From a phage, in sequence record NC_135729.1: a DNA stretch of 64,000 nt. The stretch is one strand, 5' to 3'. A program made the position numbers and the translations under genes. The notes under the pieces were generated by a model. That model was given only the letters and a program-made list of their open reading frames with translations, made no database searches and had not been told where the DNA came from. Shown one piece after another: positions 46,078 through 54,958 of the stretch; positions within the stretch are counted from its first letter, which is position 1; the number at the start of each line of letters is the position of its first letter.

Positions 46078-47127
46078 ATGAATTTAACACCTCGCAGCAC
46101 CATGGTACACGGCATGAAAGAAAAACAGAACGGTTTCGAACCTATGAGTAATAAAATGTTTGGTATGCCGGGTGGTATTATGGAAACATACAGCTACCCA
46201 ACACCTGTTGTTGACCACGTTCTTTATATCGACGATTTGGAAGACTTACAAGATCATATGTCTCGTCTGCAGACGATCCGTATGGCTCAGCCGGAAGAAA
46301 GCATTCGGGTGATCATCAATAGCCCTGGGGGTTGCGTGCACATTGCAATGGCCTATCTGCAGGCATTCCGCGAGTCTCAGGCAAGCGTTGTTGCACATGC
46401 TGAAGGGATGTGCTGCTCTGCTGGAACAATCTTATGGCTTGGTTGTAAAGAACGTACTGTGGCTCCGGACACAGAGTTTATGTTCCACTACTATCAAGGT
46501 GGCACTTATGGTAACGGTGTGAACATGAATACTCAGGTCAGCTACTGGAAAAAACGTTTTGAACGCCTGATCGAAAAATACTACGGTGGGGTGCTAACAG
46601 AAGATGAGATCGCATCCATCACAGCTGGTGGCGAAGTGTGGTTGGACGGAGAAGAGCTGGCAGCACGCACTGGAGCTATTATTCTGGATGAAGGCAACAT
46701 ACAACGCATCCAGAACGGACAAAAACCGAAAAAGCTTCTGGCAAAAGGTGATGAAGAAGGCGTGTTAGGTGAAGCAGGTCTTCCGGAGATTCACCAGTGC
46801 ACATCTTTAGATGAGTTAGTTCATGCTGTTGAATCTGCAAAAGCGGGTGGTTCGAAAGGTGATGTTCACACTGTGCTCCTGAATCTGCAGATGGAGAGTG
46901 GCGAGACCGTCAGAATTGCCCTGGGTGAGATTACTTCAGAAGATCTGCAGAGATTCTCTGTCGTTGAACTTCAGGATATTCTGTCTCAATTGAAGACTAC
47001 TCTGAACGGCGGTGAAGAGGTTAAGGTGAAAGATAAGACGCGCAAGCGTCTGGTGGACAATATTATTAAAACAGCAAAAGAGCTCAATGAAAAAATCCTG
47101 GGTGCAGGAATTGTCGAAGAAGCTTAA
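46078..47127 (+). CDS. ClpP-like serine peptidase with C-terminal extension
   Basis: INSPGG motif, catalytic-Ser context GMCCSAGT, His in EFMFHYY; about 150-aa acidic C-terminal extension. Confidence 0.6.
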   Translation: MNLTPRSTMVHGMKEKQNGFEPMSNKMFGMPGGIMETYSYPTPVVDHVLYIDDLEDLQDHMSRLQTIRMAQPEESIRVIINSPGGCVHIAMAYLQAFRESQASVVAHAEGMCCSAGTILWLGCKERTVAPDTEFMFHYYQGGTYGNGVNMNTQVSYWKKRFERLIEKYYGGVLTEDEIASITAGGEVWLDGEELAARTGAIILDEGNIQRIQNGQKPKKLLAKGDEEGVLGEAGLPEIHQCTSLDELVHAVESAKAGGSKGDVHTVLLNLQMESGETVRIALGEITSEDLQRFSVVELQDILSQLKTTLNGGEEVKVKDKTRKRLVDNIIKTAKELNEKILGAGIVEEA

Positions 47128-47138
47128 ACATTAATTCT

Positions 47139-47162
47139 AAAGCCCTCTTCGGAGGGCTTTTA
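47139..47162 (+). terminator. intrinsic terminator
   Basis: AGCCCTC-ttcg-GAGGGCT followed by TTTT. Confidence 0.6.
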
Positions 47163-47178
47163 CGATCTGGAGATTTGC

Positions 47179-47712
47179 ATGACTTGTGCTAGAAAACCTG
47201 ATGAACAACGTAACGCCTACGATGAGTATGTGACACCGGAGTGGTGTGCAGAAGGGCTGTATGACCTTATTCCGTTCCCAGAAGACTGGACCTACTTAGA
47301 GCCTTGCAGGAATAGTGCCTCAGGTGTGTTCTACTCCCGTATGCCGTTAGGATCTGCATGGGGAGAAATACAAGAAGGTGTTGACTATCTGAATACAGAA
47401 TACAACCATGTTGACTGTATTATCACCAACCCACCATACAGCCTGGCTCGTGAGTTTGTAGACAAGGCGTTGAAAGATGCTGACGTAGTTATTATGCTTT
47501 TGCGTCTTAATTTTCTGGAAAGCAAAGCCAGATTTGAATGGTGGCTTGATAATGCACCTACTACTGTGATCACAATATCTAAGCGTCCATCATTTCAATC
47601 AAACGGCAGAACTGACGGGCAAGCATATGCATATTTTGTGTGGGATAAGAAAAACCGTTTAGACTTGCCGCCGTTTATGTGGTTGGCACCCCCAGAGGTA
47701 GACCTGAAATGA
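47179..47712 (+). CDS. small N6-adenine DNA methyltransferase-like protein
   Basis: Motif I-like EPCRNSASGVF and motif IV DCIITNPPYS; 177 aa. Confidence 0.5.
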   Translation: MTCARKPDEQRNAYDEYVTPEWCAEGLYDLIPFPEDWTYLEPCRNSASGVFYSRMPLGSAWGEIQEGVDYLNTEYNHVDCIITNPPYSLAREFVDKALKDADVVIMLLRLNFLESKARFEWWLDNAPTTVITISKRPSFQSNGRTDGQAYAYFVWDKKNRLDLPPFMWLAPPEVDLK

Positions 47713-47993
47713 AAATGAGTGCTAAGGACAAATTACACCAGCTGGCGCTAAAACGCCCTGTAACGCTCCCTGACGAGCTTAACTCCATTTATGATGCGAT
47801 TGTAGGGGAGATACAAAATAAAGCGTTAGCAGGCTTTCTGGGGTGCGGATTTTCGATAAATCTACCCTCGCATTTCTCAGATTACTTCCCGCACATTGTT
47901 GGAGATTTAAGGGCAGGAGGTCTGCAGGTAGATGTTGTTGGCATCTCCCCAGAGAAAAATAATACGGTTGCCTACTTGACAGTAACCTGGTAG
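47709..47993 (+). CDS. hypothetical protein
   Basis: Start at internal Met MKMSAKDK. Confidence 0.3.
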   Translation: MKMSAKDKLHQLALKRPVTLPDELNSIYDAIVGEIQNKALAGFLGCGFSINLPSHFSDYFPHIVGDLRAGGLQVDVVGISPEKNNTVAYLTVTW

Positions 47994-48029
47994 TTGTGTA
48001 TTGTTGTTTTCAACAAGAGGGGGTCATTT

Positions 48030-48269
48030 ATGTACAAGTCATTTTCAATCTACTCAAGACAGGCGAAACACTACACAGAGATCCTGATCACTCAGAAAAA
48101 ATCTGTAGAAGGTGAGTGGGAATATCACCATAAAATGTTGCGTCCAGACTGGGTTTTTGATAGACTTATTGCTATGATCCCTCTCGGAGAAGTATACCCT
48201 CTGACAGCCCATCGCGATGCTTGGGATTTAATTGATTACATAGATTCATTTAAGGAGCCTAGATTATGA
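48030..48269 (+). CDS. hypothetical protein
   Basis: Start at Met MYKSFS with AGAGGGGG SD. Confidence 0.35.
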   Translation: MYKSFSIYSRQAKHYTEILITQKKSVEGEWEYHHKMLRPDWVFDRLIAMIPLGEVYPLTAHRDAWDLIDYIDSFKEPRL

Positions 48270-48664
48270 AGATTGAGATTACTAAAGAAGGTAAGAAAGT
48301 GTCCGGCAACTATGCAACAGTAATTCGGGATTTAATGTTTGAAGCCACCAAGATCGGTACATCTAAAGTTGGTCAAACTGTTAGTGTGAAAAGTAATATC
48401 TCCACAGGAGAGAAGGTATTCATTGTGGTCAAAGGGCAGGATCCCGTGGAAGGAACAGTGGGCCGAGGTGGCTACCTGTGCATTTCTGAAGAGCCGCGTA
48501 TGTTAGTGGCTGACGCTACTATGGGTGGGAAACGTGTGTGCGAGGCGGATGAGGTAATGATTATCCAACCTGTTGATCCAGATGACCCAGCAACTTGGGT
48601 GGTAGGAAATGAAATCTTCTCTTTAGAAGAGTTATCCTTCCCAGCACCGCGCTCTGTTCAGTAA
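48266..48664 (+). CDS. hypothetical protein
   Basis: 132-aa ORF, coupled start. Confidence 0.4.
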   Translation: MKIEITKEGKKVSGNYATVIRDLMFEATKIGTSKVGQTVSVKSNISTGEKVFIVVKGQDPVEGTVGRGGYLCISEEPRMLVADATMGGKRVCEADEVMIIQPVDPDDPATWVVGNEIFSLEELSFPAPRSVQ

Positions 48665-48701
48665 TAATTTATCTTACCAGGGACGGTAGGTAGGAGGTAG
48701 C

Positions 48702-48935
48702 ATGAAAGTTAAATTTCTTACAGATTTAGGGTACCCTTCCTTGGTTGACTGTGTTGGTAAAATTGTGGAAGCAAAACGGCTATCTGCAAACGAGAATGTT
48801 GTCCTGGTTAAAGGGAAGGATTTACTAGCTGCAGGTGCAGAGTCTGGCAGGATCTCTCCTGATTATATGTATTACCTATCTTTAAGTAATCTGCCAGAGC
48901 GAGGCGGTAAAGGCCTTGAAGTTGTGGAGGAGTGA
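48702..48935 (+). CDS. small acidic protein, paralog family member
   Basis: MKVKFL N-terminus and KGKDLLAAGA motif shared with ORFs at 52261 and 52478. Confidence 0.45.
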   Translation: MKVKFLTDLGYPSLVDCVGKIVEAKRLSANENVVLVKGKDLLAAGAESGRISPDYMYYLSLSNLPERGGKGLEVVEE

Positions 48936-49465
48936 CAGGTATGCTTCTGATTAACTGGGAAGACCTCTATGGGGACAAAGACCCTGTTGCGTTTGTTGAT
49001 CGTAGGTGGAGATACACTGAAGAACAACTGGCGGCAAAAAATTTAACTGCAAAACGCAGAAAGATCATCCAGTGCAAGTACAAATACGCACAGTTTGCTG
49101 CAAAAGTGTCTCCACAAATCGAGAGCTTTGTGCTTAAATTGTATGACGAGTACCTCAAATTCAAATTGGATTTTGTGCAGGTGTACCGTGCACAGGTACG
49201 ACCAGATACCAACATATGTAGATGGAAGGTTGTTTGTGAAGGTAAAGATTTGCCGCTCAGCTTGACAATTGAGTGGCGTTATGGGTATCATGAGTGTGGT
49301 CTGTATGATATTTGGGATGTCATTGTAGATCCTGCTAAGCATCTGAACACAGAGGAGCTGGAATATATCAATAAGGTTATTCTCGATATGTTTTTCAGCT
49401 ACACACATGAAAACTCTGAGAAAGAACGGGATAATTTTCTTGACACCCTCAGCGACCATTTGTAG
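48932..49465 (+). CDS. hypothetical protein
   Basis: 177-aa ORF. Confidence 0.4.
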   Translation: MTGMLLINWEDLYGDKDPVAFVDRRWRYTEEQLAAKNLTAKRRKIIQCKYKYAQFAAKVSPQIESFVLKLYDEYLKFKLDFVQVYRAQVRPDTNICRWKVVCEGKDLPLSLTIEWRYGYHECGLYDIWDVIVDPAKHLNTEELEYINKVILDMFFSYTHENSEKERDNFLDTLSDHL

Positions 49466-49467
49466 TA
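49439..49467 (+). promoter_or_regulatory. sigma70-like promoter
   Basis: TTGACA, 17-nt spacer, TAGTAT. Confidence 0.5.
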
Positions 49468-49495
49468 TACAATTTAACCTACAAAGGGAGGACCA

Positions 49496-49723
49496 ATGAG
49501 TATAAATGTTGTGCTAATAGGTTACCTGGTAATGTCCGTTATAACAGCGGTATTCTTGACAGGTGTATGCATCGTGTCCAGACGAAGGGTGAAGTTTGAT
49601 GATTTTATCACCATCATCACTGCTGCACCTTTTTGGCCTGTTGTTATCTTCATCGTAATAATGTGCCTAGTTGATTACTACAAGAATATCAGGAAGGAGA
49701 GTAGGGATGGAGACCGCACCTAA
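49496..49723 (+). CDS. small two-helix membrane protein (holin-like topology)
   Basis: Two hydrophobic helices and charged C-terminus KNIRKESRDGDRT; 75 aa. Confidence 0.35.
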   Translation: MSINVVLIGYLVMSVITAVFLTGVCIVSRRRVKFDDFITIITAAPFWPVVIFIVIMCLVDYYKNIRKESRDGDRT

Positions 49724-49924
49724 AACTATCTATACTGTTCTTAAAGAGATTGCGTTCTACGCAGATCTTAGCCAGGCACCTTTATGGGAAAAGAGCATGT
49801 ATTTAAAATGGTGCGTTAATTTAGGGAGACCTTCCAGTGTTTCAAGCCATGTTTATTGAGATGCTATCTGGGATATTGTTACTGGTAGCCATCTTAGGTG
49901 GTGCAGTTCTGATGTATAACTATC

Positions 49925-50128
49925 TTGAAAAAGGAGACAGCAATGGTAAAAAATAAATCTTTAGAGCAGGCTGAAAACCTTCTCCACGAGCTGGTAAAGG
50001 AGTGGAAAGTTGAATACTCAGATTTTAATGCACGAGAGGGTGAAGATTATTGGCCTACGGAGCGCTCAGAGGGCGAATGGTATCAAGATTTTATAGAGTG
50101 GTTATATCAGACGTGCGATGAGGGGTGA
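49925..50128 (+). CDS. hypothetical protein
   Basis: 67-aa acidic ORF. Confidence 0.35.
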   Translation: MKKETAMVKNKSLEQAENLLHELVKEWKVEYSDFNAREGEDYWPTERSEGEWYQDFIEWLYQTCDEG

Positions 50129-50595
50129 CGATGTTTGTTAAATATGTAAAAACGTGCCTCAACAGTCTTGGCAGAGAGCATTGGTACACCTTGCTTGAAA
50201 AAGGGGAAATTTTAACAAAATCTGGAAAGATAACTTTGATACCTCTTGATAGTAAAGGTAAAGACCCGTCACGACTTGTTATAGATGATTACGTTACAGG
50301 TGTGACGTTCGAGGTCTCTGTGGATAGGTTAATACGCAGAGCTGGCGGCCCTTATGACCGAAGAGAGTATGTTTTCGATTCCGTTACAGAGATGGGGGAG
50401 CCTCCGTCTTTAATGTTCAGGATGGTAATCAGAGATATGAGGTCATCTATAGATAGGATCGTAAAGGACATTAAGGAACCTTTTAGAGTAAAAGTTAAGA
50501 AGTTTTTCGATTCTAAGATTAACATACTCGCCGTTGCACTAGGTGTAGTTCAACTTCTGTTAATTTTGCACTATTTTGAACTACTATTTAAGTAG
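50125..50595 (+). CDS. hypothetical protein
   Basis: 156-aa ORF. Confidence 0.4.
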   Translation: MTMFVKYVKTCLNSLGREHWYTLLEKGEILTKSGKITLIPLDSKGKDPSRLVIDDYVTGVTFEVSVDRLIRRAGGPYDRREYVFDSVTEMGEPPSLMFRMVIRDMRSSIDRIVKDIKEPFRVKVKKFFDSKINILAVALGVVQLLLILHYFELLFK

Positions 50596-50657
50596 TAGTT
50601 GAGATATGGCACAAAGGATGTGCCATAGTGAAATAAACTAAGAAAGAGGTAGAGAGA

Positions 50658-51005
50658 ATGCCAAAGATTAAAACGTTATTACTGTGGGTAGCTGTTTTAG
50701 CTTTTATAGGGTACTGGACTTGGGAAACTGAATTAAAAGATATCGGATATACCAGTCTTGAGAGCAAGGCGTGCATTGGCATAACCGATGCGTTCAGGCA
50801 AAATGCTATGGATCACGAATGTGTTGATGCAGATATAGATGAGAAACTGTCTAAGGACAAAGATTTTTACCATGGGCATGCTTTACTTGATAGTGGTGAC
50901 ACTGTAGAGTTCTGGTCGTGGTTTCGTGAAGATGGAACAATAAAAACAGCAGTAAAGATCTCTAACAAAGAGTTAATGCTGTTGCAGCAAAAGGAGGCTC
51001 AATGA
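50658..51005 (+). CDS. hypothetical membrane-anchored protein
   Basis: N-terminal hydrophobic helix LLLWVAVLAFIGYW. Confidence 0.4.
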   Translation: MPKIKTLLLWVAVLAFIGYWTWETELKDIGYTSLESKACIGITDAFRQNAMDHECVDADIDEKLSKDKDFYHGHALLDSGDTVEFWSWFREDGTIKTAVKISNKELMLLQQKEAQ

Positions 51006-51289
51006 TCTGGATATCCTATGCTGATGGCACCATGCTGTATACTGCAGGTACCAGATATGAAGTTCAGGAGAACGATAAAAAATTTATCGTAAAAACATTT
51101 GACAAGGACGACAACCTTTTGCTAGAATTGACTTACAAAGTTGGAGAGGTATCCAATATCCAGTTGGATTGTGGTCATAAAGATAATCCACTCAAAAAAC
51201 CTGGAGTAGGTAAGGCTTCAGAAGAACGTCTGTCTCGTATTGCAGAAAGCGTTTCTCCCCAAAAATCTAAGAAGAGGACTAGAAAATGA
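51002..51289 (+). CDS. hypothetical protein
   Basis: 95-aa ORF, coupled. Confidence 0.35.
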   Translation: MIWISYADGTMLYTAGTRYEVQENDKKFIVKTFDKDDNLLLELTYKVGEVSNIQLDCGHKDNPLKKPGVGKASEERLSRIAESVSPQKSKKRTRK

Positions 51290-51480
51290 AAAACTTACGT
51301 TTTAACACTTATTACTACAACACATTGAATGATTTGTATTATATTGTTCGAAGTAAAAGTCCTGAAACAGTCCTATTCTGCCGCGAACCTTTCAAAGGGG
51401 AGGAAGTAGAGTCTGAGATGAATGTTAGCCAGATCACCTCTTTGTTGCTCTCAGGCGCAATGGAAGAAGCAATATTCTAA
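51286..51480 (+). CDS. hypothetical protein
   Basis: 64-aa ORF, coupled. Confidence 0.3.
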   Translation: MKNLRFNTYYYNTLNDLYYIVRSKSPETVLFCREPFKGEEVESEMNVSQITSLLLSGAMEEAIF

Positions 51481-51498
51481 ACCAGGCAGGAGGGTTTT

Positions 51499-51687
51499 AT
51501 GAAGCACTATTGCCTGTCTGGTAGAATGGGTGCAGATTGTGATTGGGTTTTCTTAAAACTTGTCAGCATTCGAGAGTTCATCCCAGAGGAAGAGCAAGAA
51601 AGCGAGCTGATGTCATGGATCAACCATTACGGTAACACTTTTCGGCATGTTAAGGTAGAAGAGTTGCCAAGCGAGGCTGAATTATGA
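51499..51687 (+). CDS. hypothetical protein
   Basis: 62-aa ORF. Confidence 0.3.
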   Translation: MKHYCLSGRMGADCDWVFLKLVSIREFIPEEEQESELMSWINHYGNTFRHVKVEELPSEAEL

Positions 51688-51980
51688 AACTTTTTGAGTG
51701 GTTTAAAAAGTTTAAATATAAAGCTGTAGCCATCGTGCCGTGGTCCATTCAGTGGGTTGATGAAGGTGGTCTACCGATACCTGGTGACAAAGATACTGGG
51801 TACTGGATTATGATGGAGAACGGGTTTGGAAAGCGAAAGTATACGTGCACAAACTCTACTCGATCTGCACTTAATAGAGTGCCTGGTTACAAACTTATGG
51901 TTGTGTGGAAAATGTCAGGCGTGCCTCCAGCCAATGCTCAATTTCTTACTGACAATCCGACCACGGTAGAGGGAGATTGA
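51684..51980 (+). CDS. hypothetical protein
   Basis: 98-aa ORF, coupled. Confidence 0.35.
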   Translation: MKLFEWFKKFKYKAVAIVPWSIQWVDEGGLPIPGDKDTGYWIMMENGFGKRKYTCTNSTRSALNRVPGYKLMVVWKMSGVPPANAQFLTDNPTTVEGD

Positions 51981-52264
51981 TAATGAAAAAGATTAACAGT
52001 AGTGAAGTAGAGTTTAAACTTGTCGGAAAAGGCACTTACTGGGAAGTTCGTCAAAAGGTATATTTGTTCGGTCTTATTCCCTACTGGTCTAAATTCTACT
52101 GGGGAGCTAACGAGTTGGGAAGATACGCCACCAAATCAATGGCACTTATTGGTATAGCAGAGTACATTGCAGCCCGAGACAGGGTTGGAACCACTTATTA
52201 CTACACTGCTGACGATATTCGTAACAGTGTTTACGTCCCACAACCACCTGATGGAGACCGTTGA
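51977..52264 (+). CDS. hypothetical protein
   Basis: 95-aa ORF, coupled. Confidence 0.35.
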   Translation: MIMKKINSSEVEFKLVGKGTYWEVRQKVYLFGLIPYWSKFYWGANELGRYATKSMALIGIAEYIAARDRVGTTYYYTADDIRNSVYVPQPPDGDR

Positions 52265-52488
52265 TGAAAGTTAAAGTTTTAGATTCAAGCTTCTATATTG
52301 GTCAGGAGCCTTTAGTAGGAAAAGTGTTTACTGCTGTCCCTAACGAAGATTACCCTGACCTTTTAAAAATAAAAGGAGCAGATCTTATTGCCGCTGGTGC
52401 ATCTCAGGAATGCTTTGACAGTCAGTGGACCTATAACTTTGCCCTAGGTGAGGATGTAGAGGTAGTGGAGGACGATCATGAAGGTTAA
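52261..52488 (+). CDS. small acidic protein, paralog family member
   Basis: MMKVKVLDSSFYIGQEPLVGKV and KGADLIAAGA; close paralog of next ORF. Confidence 0.45.
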   Translation: MMKVKVLDSSFYIGQEPLVGKVFTAVPNEDYPDLLKIKGADLIAAGASQECFDSQWTYNFALGEDVEVVEDDHEG

Positions 52489-52732
52489 AATTCTTGATTC
52501 TAACGTCTACTTGGGACAATCCTTCCTGAATGGAAAGGTCGTTCCTGCGGTATACTTTGAAGGGTTGCCGTGGGATGATCCTGTGCGGCAACATCACAGT
52601 TATGTAGGCCACAACGTGGTGTTTATCTTGGGATCAGACCTGATCACCGCTGGTGCACCTGAATATTATTTCGGGGAAGAGTCCTACTATGCCTTTGGGG
52701 TAGGGTCAGATGCAGATATTGTAGAGCTGTGA
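52478..52732 (+). CDS. small acidic protein, paralog family member
   Basis: MKVKILDSNVYLGQSFLNGKV and GSDLITAGA; overlaps previous paralog. Confidence 0.45.
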   Translation: MKVKILDSNVYLGQSFLNGKVVPAVYFEGLPWDDPVRQHHSYVGHNVVFILGSDLITAGAPEYYFGEESYYAFGVGSDADIVEL

Positions 52733-52744
52733 TGGGTAACCGTT

Positions 52745-53143
52745 GTGAAAAATAAACTGTTCAAAGTTACAATGAAAATTCGCGGAGCTTGGAGCGTAAA
52801 GCAAGGGCGTATCCCAGAATTTGAGAAAGACTTCTACGTAGTCTCCACCTCGGAGGAGGCTGCATGCTGGCAGGCTGGCTATGCCTATGCAAGAACCTGG
52901 TACGAAGGATACCAGACTGGGGGCTATGACGGAGAAATTGTCAGCAAGGGTGTAGAAGAAATTAATGTGTTGACAAGTGAAAAAGTTTTTGTTATAGTGC
53001 ATCCAGATTCCAGAGTGAAGCATTACTGGAATGCCAGAACAAAAACTTGGACACCGTTTGCAGATTCTGCTACTCCACTTTTAAACCAGAAAGCTCTTGA
53101 CTCTGCCCCAAGTTATGGGGTTGTTGAAGAAAAGCTAAACTGA
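52745..53143 (+). CDS. hypothetical protein, paralog of ORF 54958..55353
   Basis: Shared block VFVIVHPDSRVKHYWNARTKTWTP versus KFVMRHPHSNIAYYWDVLNNEWTP. Confidence 0.45.
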   Translation: MKNKLFKVTMKIRGAWSVKQGRIPEFEKDFYVVSTSEEAACWQAGYAYARTWYEGYQTGGYDGEIVSKGVEEINVLTSEKVFVIVHPDSRVKHYWNARTKTWTPFADSATPLLNQKALDSAPSYGVVEEKLN

Positions 53144-53160
53144 AACAGTGAGGTGTCACC

Positions 53161-53451
53161 ATGATGGATTTAATTCTAAATATTGATAACGCAGGAGAGT
53201 TTAAAGACGATGGTGTAACAAGCATGGACAAACCCTGCTCTGCTAAGGTTGACTCAAAATGGACCTATAAGTTTGATGGAGAGATCTTCGCAAATGATGA
53301 GAAGGTTGTAGATGCTGCAGCCATTTTGAACGCTCTAGGTTACGACCCTGTGAATTCTTTGATCAAGGATCCTGTTGAGTTTGCGGAGTATGTTCGAAAA
53401 ATGGCAGATCTTGCTGTAGATATTTTAAAAACTATCGACAACAAGCTATAA
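53161..53451 (+). CDS. hypothetical protein
   Basis: 96-aa acidic ORF. Confidence 0.35.
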   Translation: MMDLILNIDNAGEFKDDGVTSMDKPCSAKVDSKWTYKFDGEIFANDEKVVDAAAILNALGYDPVNSLIKDPVEFAEYVRKMADLAVDILKTIDNKL

Positions 53452-53456
53452 AACTG

Positions 53457-53485
53457 TTGACACAATGCTTCAGCTATAGTATTAT
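53457..53485 (+). promoter_or_regulatory. sigma70-like promoter upstream of HPF homologue
   Basis: TTGACA, 17-nt spacer, TATTAT; followed by leader hairpin AAGAGAGA...TCTCTCTT. Confidence 0.55.
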
Positions 53486-53537
53486 TGTTTTCAAAGAGAG
53501 ATGGTTGTTACTCTCTCTTCCTTAAAAGGAGCACGTT

Positions 53538-53855
53538 ATGCAAATTGAAATCACTGGCAACGTAGAAATCACTGAAGGTATGGTGTCTTTCATTTCCCAC
53601 AAAATGTCTAAGCTGGAGCGTTTGCACCCATCTGCCAACTATGCACGTGTGAGTGTAAAAGTTGAAAATGATCACCAGGAAGTCATGGCGTTCATTTTTG
53701 ACACTTCCGGAAAAGAAGTTATTGCCAAAGCTAAAGGTAGTGACGCTTACGAGGCAACTGACCGTATGGTAGATGTTGCAGCACGTCAGCTGGCTAAATG
53801 CGGTGGAAAGAAAGGTAAGGGGAAAGGCAAAGTAAAGATTGACTTTGGAGAATGA
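53538..53855 (+). CDS. ribosome hibernation promoting factor homologue (HPF/RaiA/YfiA family)
   Basis: MQIEITGNVEITEG...KLE...VSVKVEN...KAKGSDAYEATDRMVDVAARQL aligns with E. coli HPF as recalled from memory. Confidence 0.7.
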   Translation: MQIEITGNVEITEGMVSFISHKMSKLERLHPSANYARVSVKVENDHQEVMAFIFDTSGKEVIAKAKGSDAYEATDRMVDVAARQLAKCGGKKGKGKGKVKIDFGE

Positions 53856-53864
53856 GGTGCTACA

Positions 53865-53966
53865 ATGGGCGTGATTAAGAAATTAGTCCCAAATGTAGAG
53901 ATTGCATGCTTTGAAATTATGTTTGCAATCGCAGTTGTAGTTAATGTGTTAGGTTACGGCTATTAA
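53865..53966 (+). CDS. small hydrophobic peptide (33 aa, below ORF-track cutoff)
   Basis: GAGGTG SD; MGVIKKLVPNVEIACFEIMFAIAVVVNVLGYGY. Confidence 0.3.
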   Translation: MGVIKKLVPNVEIACFEIMFAIAVVVNVLGYGY

Positions 53967-53992
53967 TATCAAATAATTGAGGAGACCTCTAA

Positions 53993-54262
53993 ATGAAAAT
54001 TAAATTATTCAAAACTGAGCTGGCAGACAAAAACTGTGGACTGGTTGAAGGCATGATCGTTGAAGCACAACCAGTGGACTACATGAAGGTAGTTCGTGAT
54101 GCACTGGGTGAAGGCTTTGATCTGATGGAGCCAGCTCTGCGAGAAGATGTTATCGAGATGGCTAAAAAGCACACACCTGAAGGCTTGGTGGTGTTTGTTG
54201 CACCGGGTAACGGAGAAGAGTTGATTGTAACTCCTGATGTGTATGAGATTGTAGAAGAGTAA
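53993..54262 (+). CDS. small acidic protein
   Basis: 89-aa ORF, MKIKLF N-terminus, acidic IVEE C-terminus. Confidence 0.4.
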   Translation: MKIKLFKTELADKNCGLVEGMIVEAQPVDYMKVVRDALGEGFDLMEPALREDVIEMAKKHTPEGLVVFVAPGNGEELIVTPDVYEIVEE

Positions 54263-54357
54263 TCCTGCTTGGATTAGCATACTTCTCTCAATAAAAAGAA
54301 AAGTTTGTAATTATTTGTGGGAAAGGAATCCCCATCTCTTGCCAGAGGTGATACTAT

Positions 54358-54621
54358 ATGATTGTTTATTTTAAAACTTCAGGTGGATACCCTGATTCTC
54401 AAAGCTTGATCGGAAAAACGTGCACAGCATACTCACCTTTTGATGAGGAGGTAAGCGATATCCTACGAGATATGTATCGGATTGATCCCCAAGAAGCTTT
54501 TGATCAAAACCTTGTATTTGTCAAGGGCTCAGACATGAAGTCTTTGGGAGCATTCCCTGAAGCAGATGATGATGCTGTTTATTCGTTCATGACTCCTTTT
54601 GAAGCTATGGTTGTTGGGTGA
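54358..54621 (+). CDS. small acidic protein
   Basis: 87-aa ORF. Confidence 0.4.
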   Translation: MIVYFKTSGGYPDSQSLIGKTCTAYSPFDEEVSDILRDMYRIDPQEAFDQNLVFVKGSDMKSLGAFPEADDDAVYSFMTPFEAMVVG

Positions 54622-54625
54622 GAAT

Positions 54626-54958
54626 ATGAAAGTACGATTTATTGGTGAAACAATTCCTGTGCATCTCCGGTCGCCTGAAGATTCTGCAGATCTTGCATCT
54701 CAGAAGGCGAGAGGTTATGATAAGAAAGTAATCTCAACCGATGTAGAGCTTGAGGCTACCAGTCTACCTGACCCTGCTGCATTCTTTAATCATTATGGGT
54801 ACTATTTCAGCAATCTGATGAATATAGGGGAGCTTGTGTTTATTAGTGGTGGAGAAATTGTTAGCAAGCTTGGCGGCGATCCGGATGTCTTTCATGAAAC
54901 CTGTCCTTTTGCATTTGTGGTTGGTTCAGATGTGGAAGTTATTGAGGAGGTGCGGTAA
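54626..54958 (+). CDS. small acidic protein, probable paralog family member
   Basis: Start at Met MKVRFIGET; C-terminal VVGSDVEVIEE resembles family C-termini. Confidence 0.4.
   Translation: MKVRFIGETIPVHLRSPEDSADLASQKARGYDKKVISTDVELEATSLPDPAAFFNHYGYYFSNLMNIGELVFISGGEIVSKLGGDPDVFHETCPFAFVVGSDVEVIEEVR

Noticed and set aside
46078-47127. ClpP-like gene as the prohead maturation protease
   Set aside because: It is located 35 kb from the head genes on the opposite strand; the head operon already contains an XkdF-like protease candidate.
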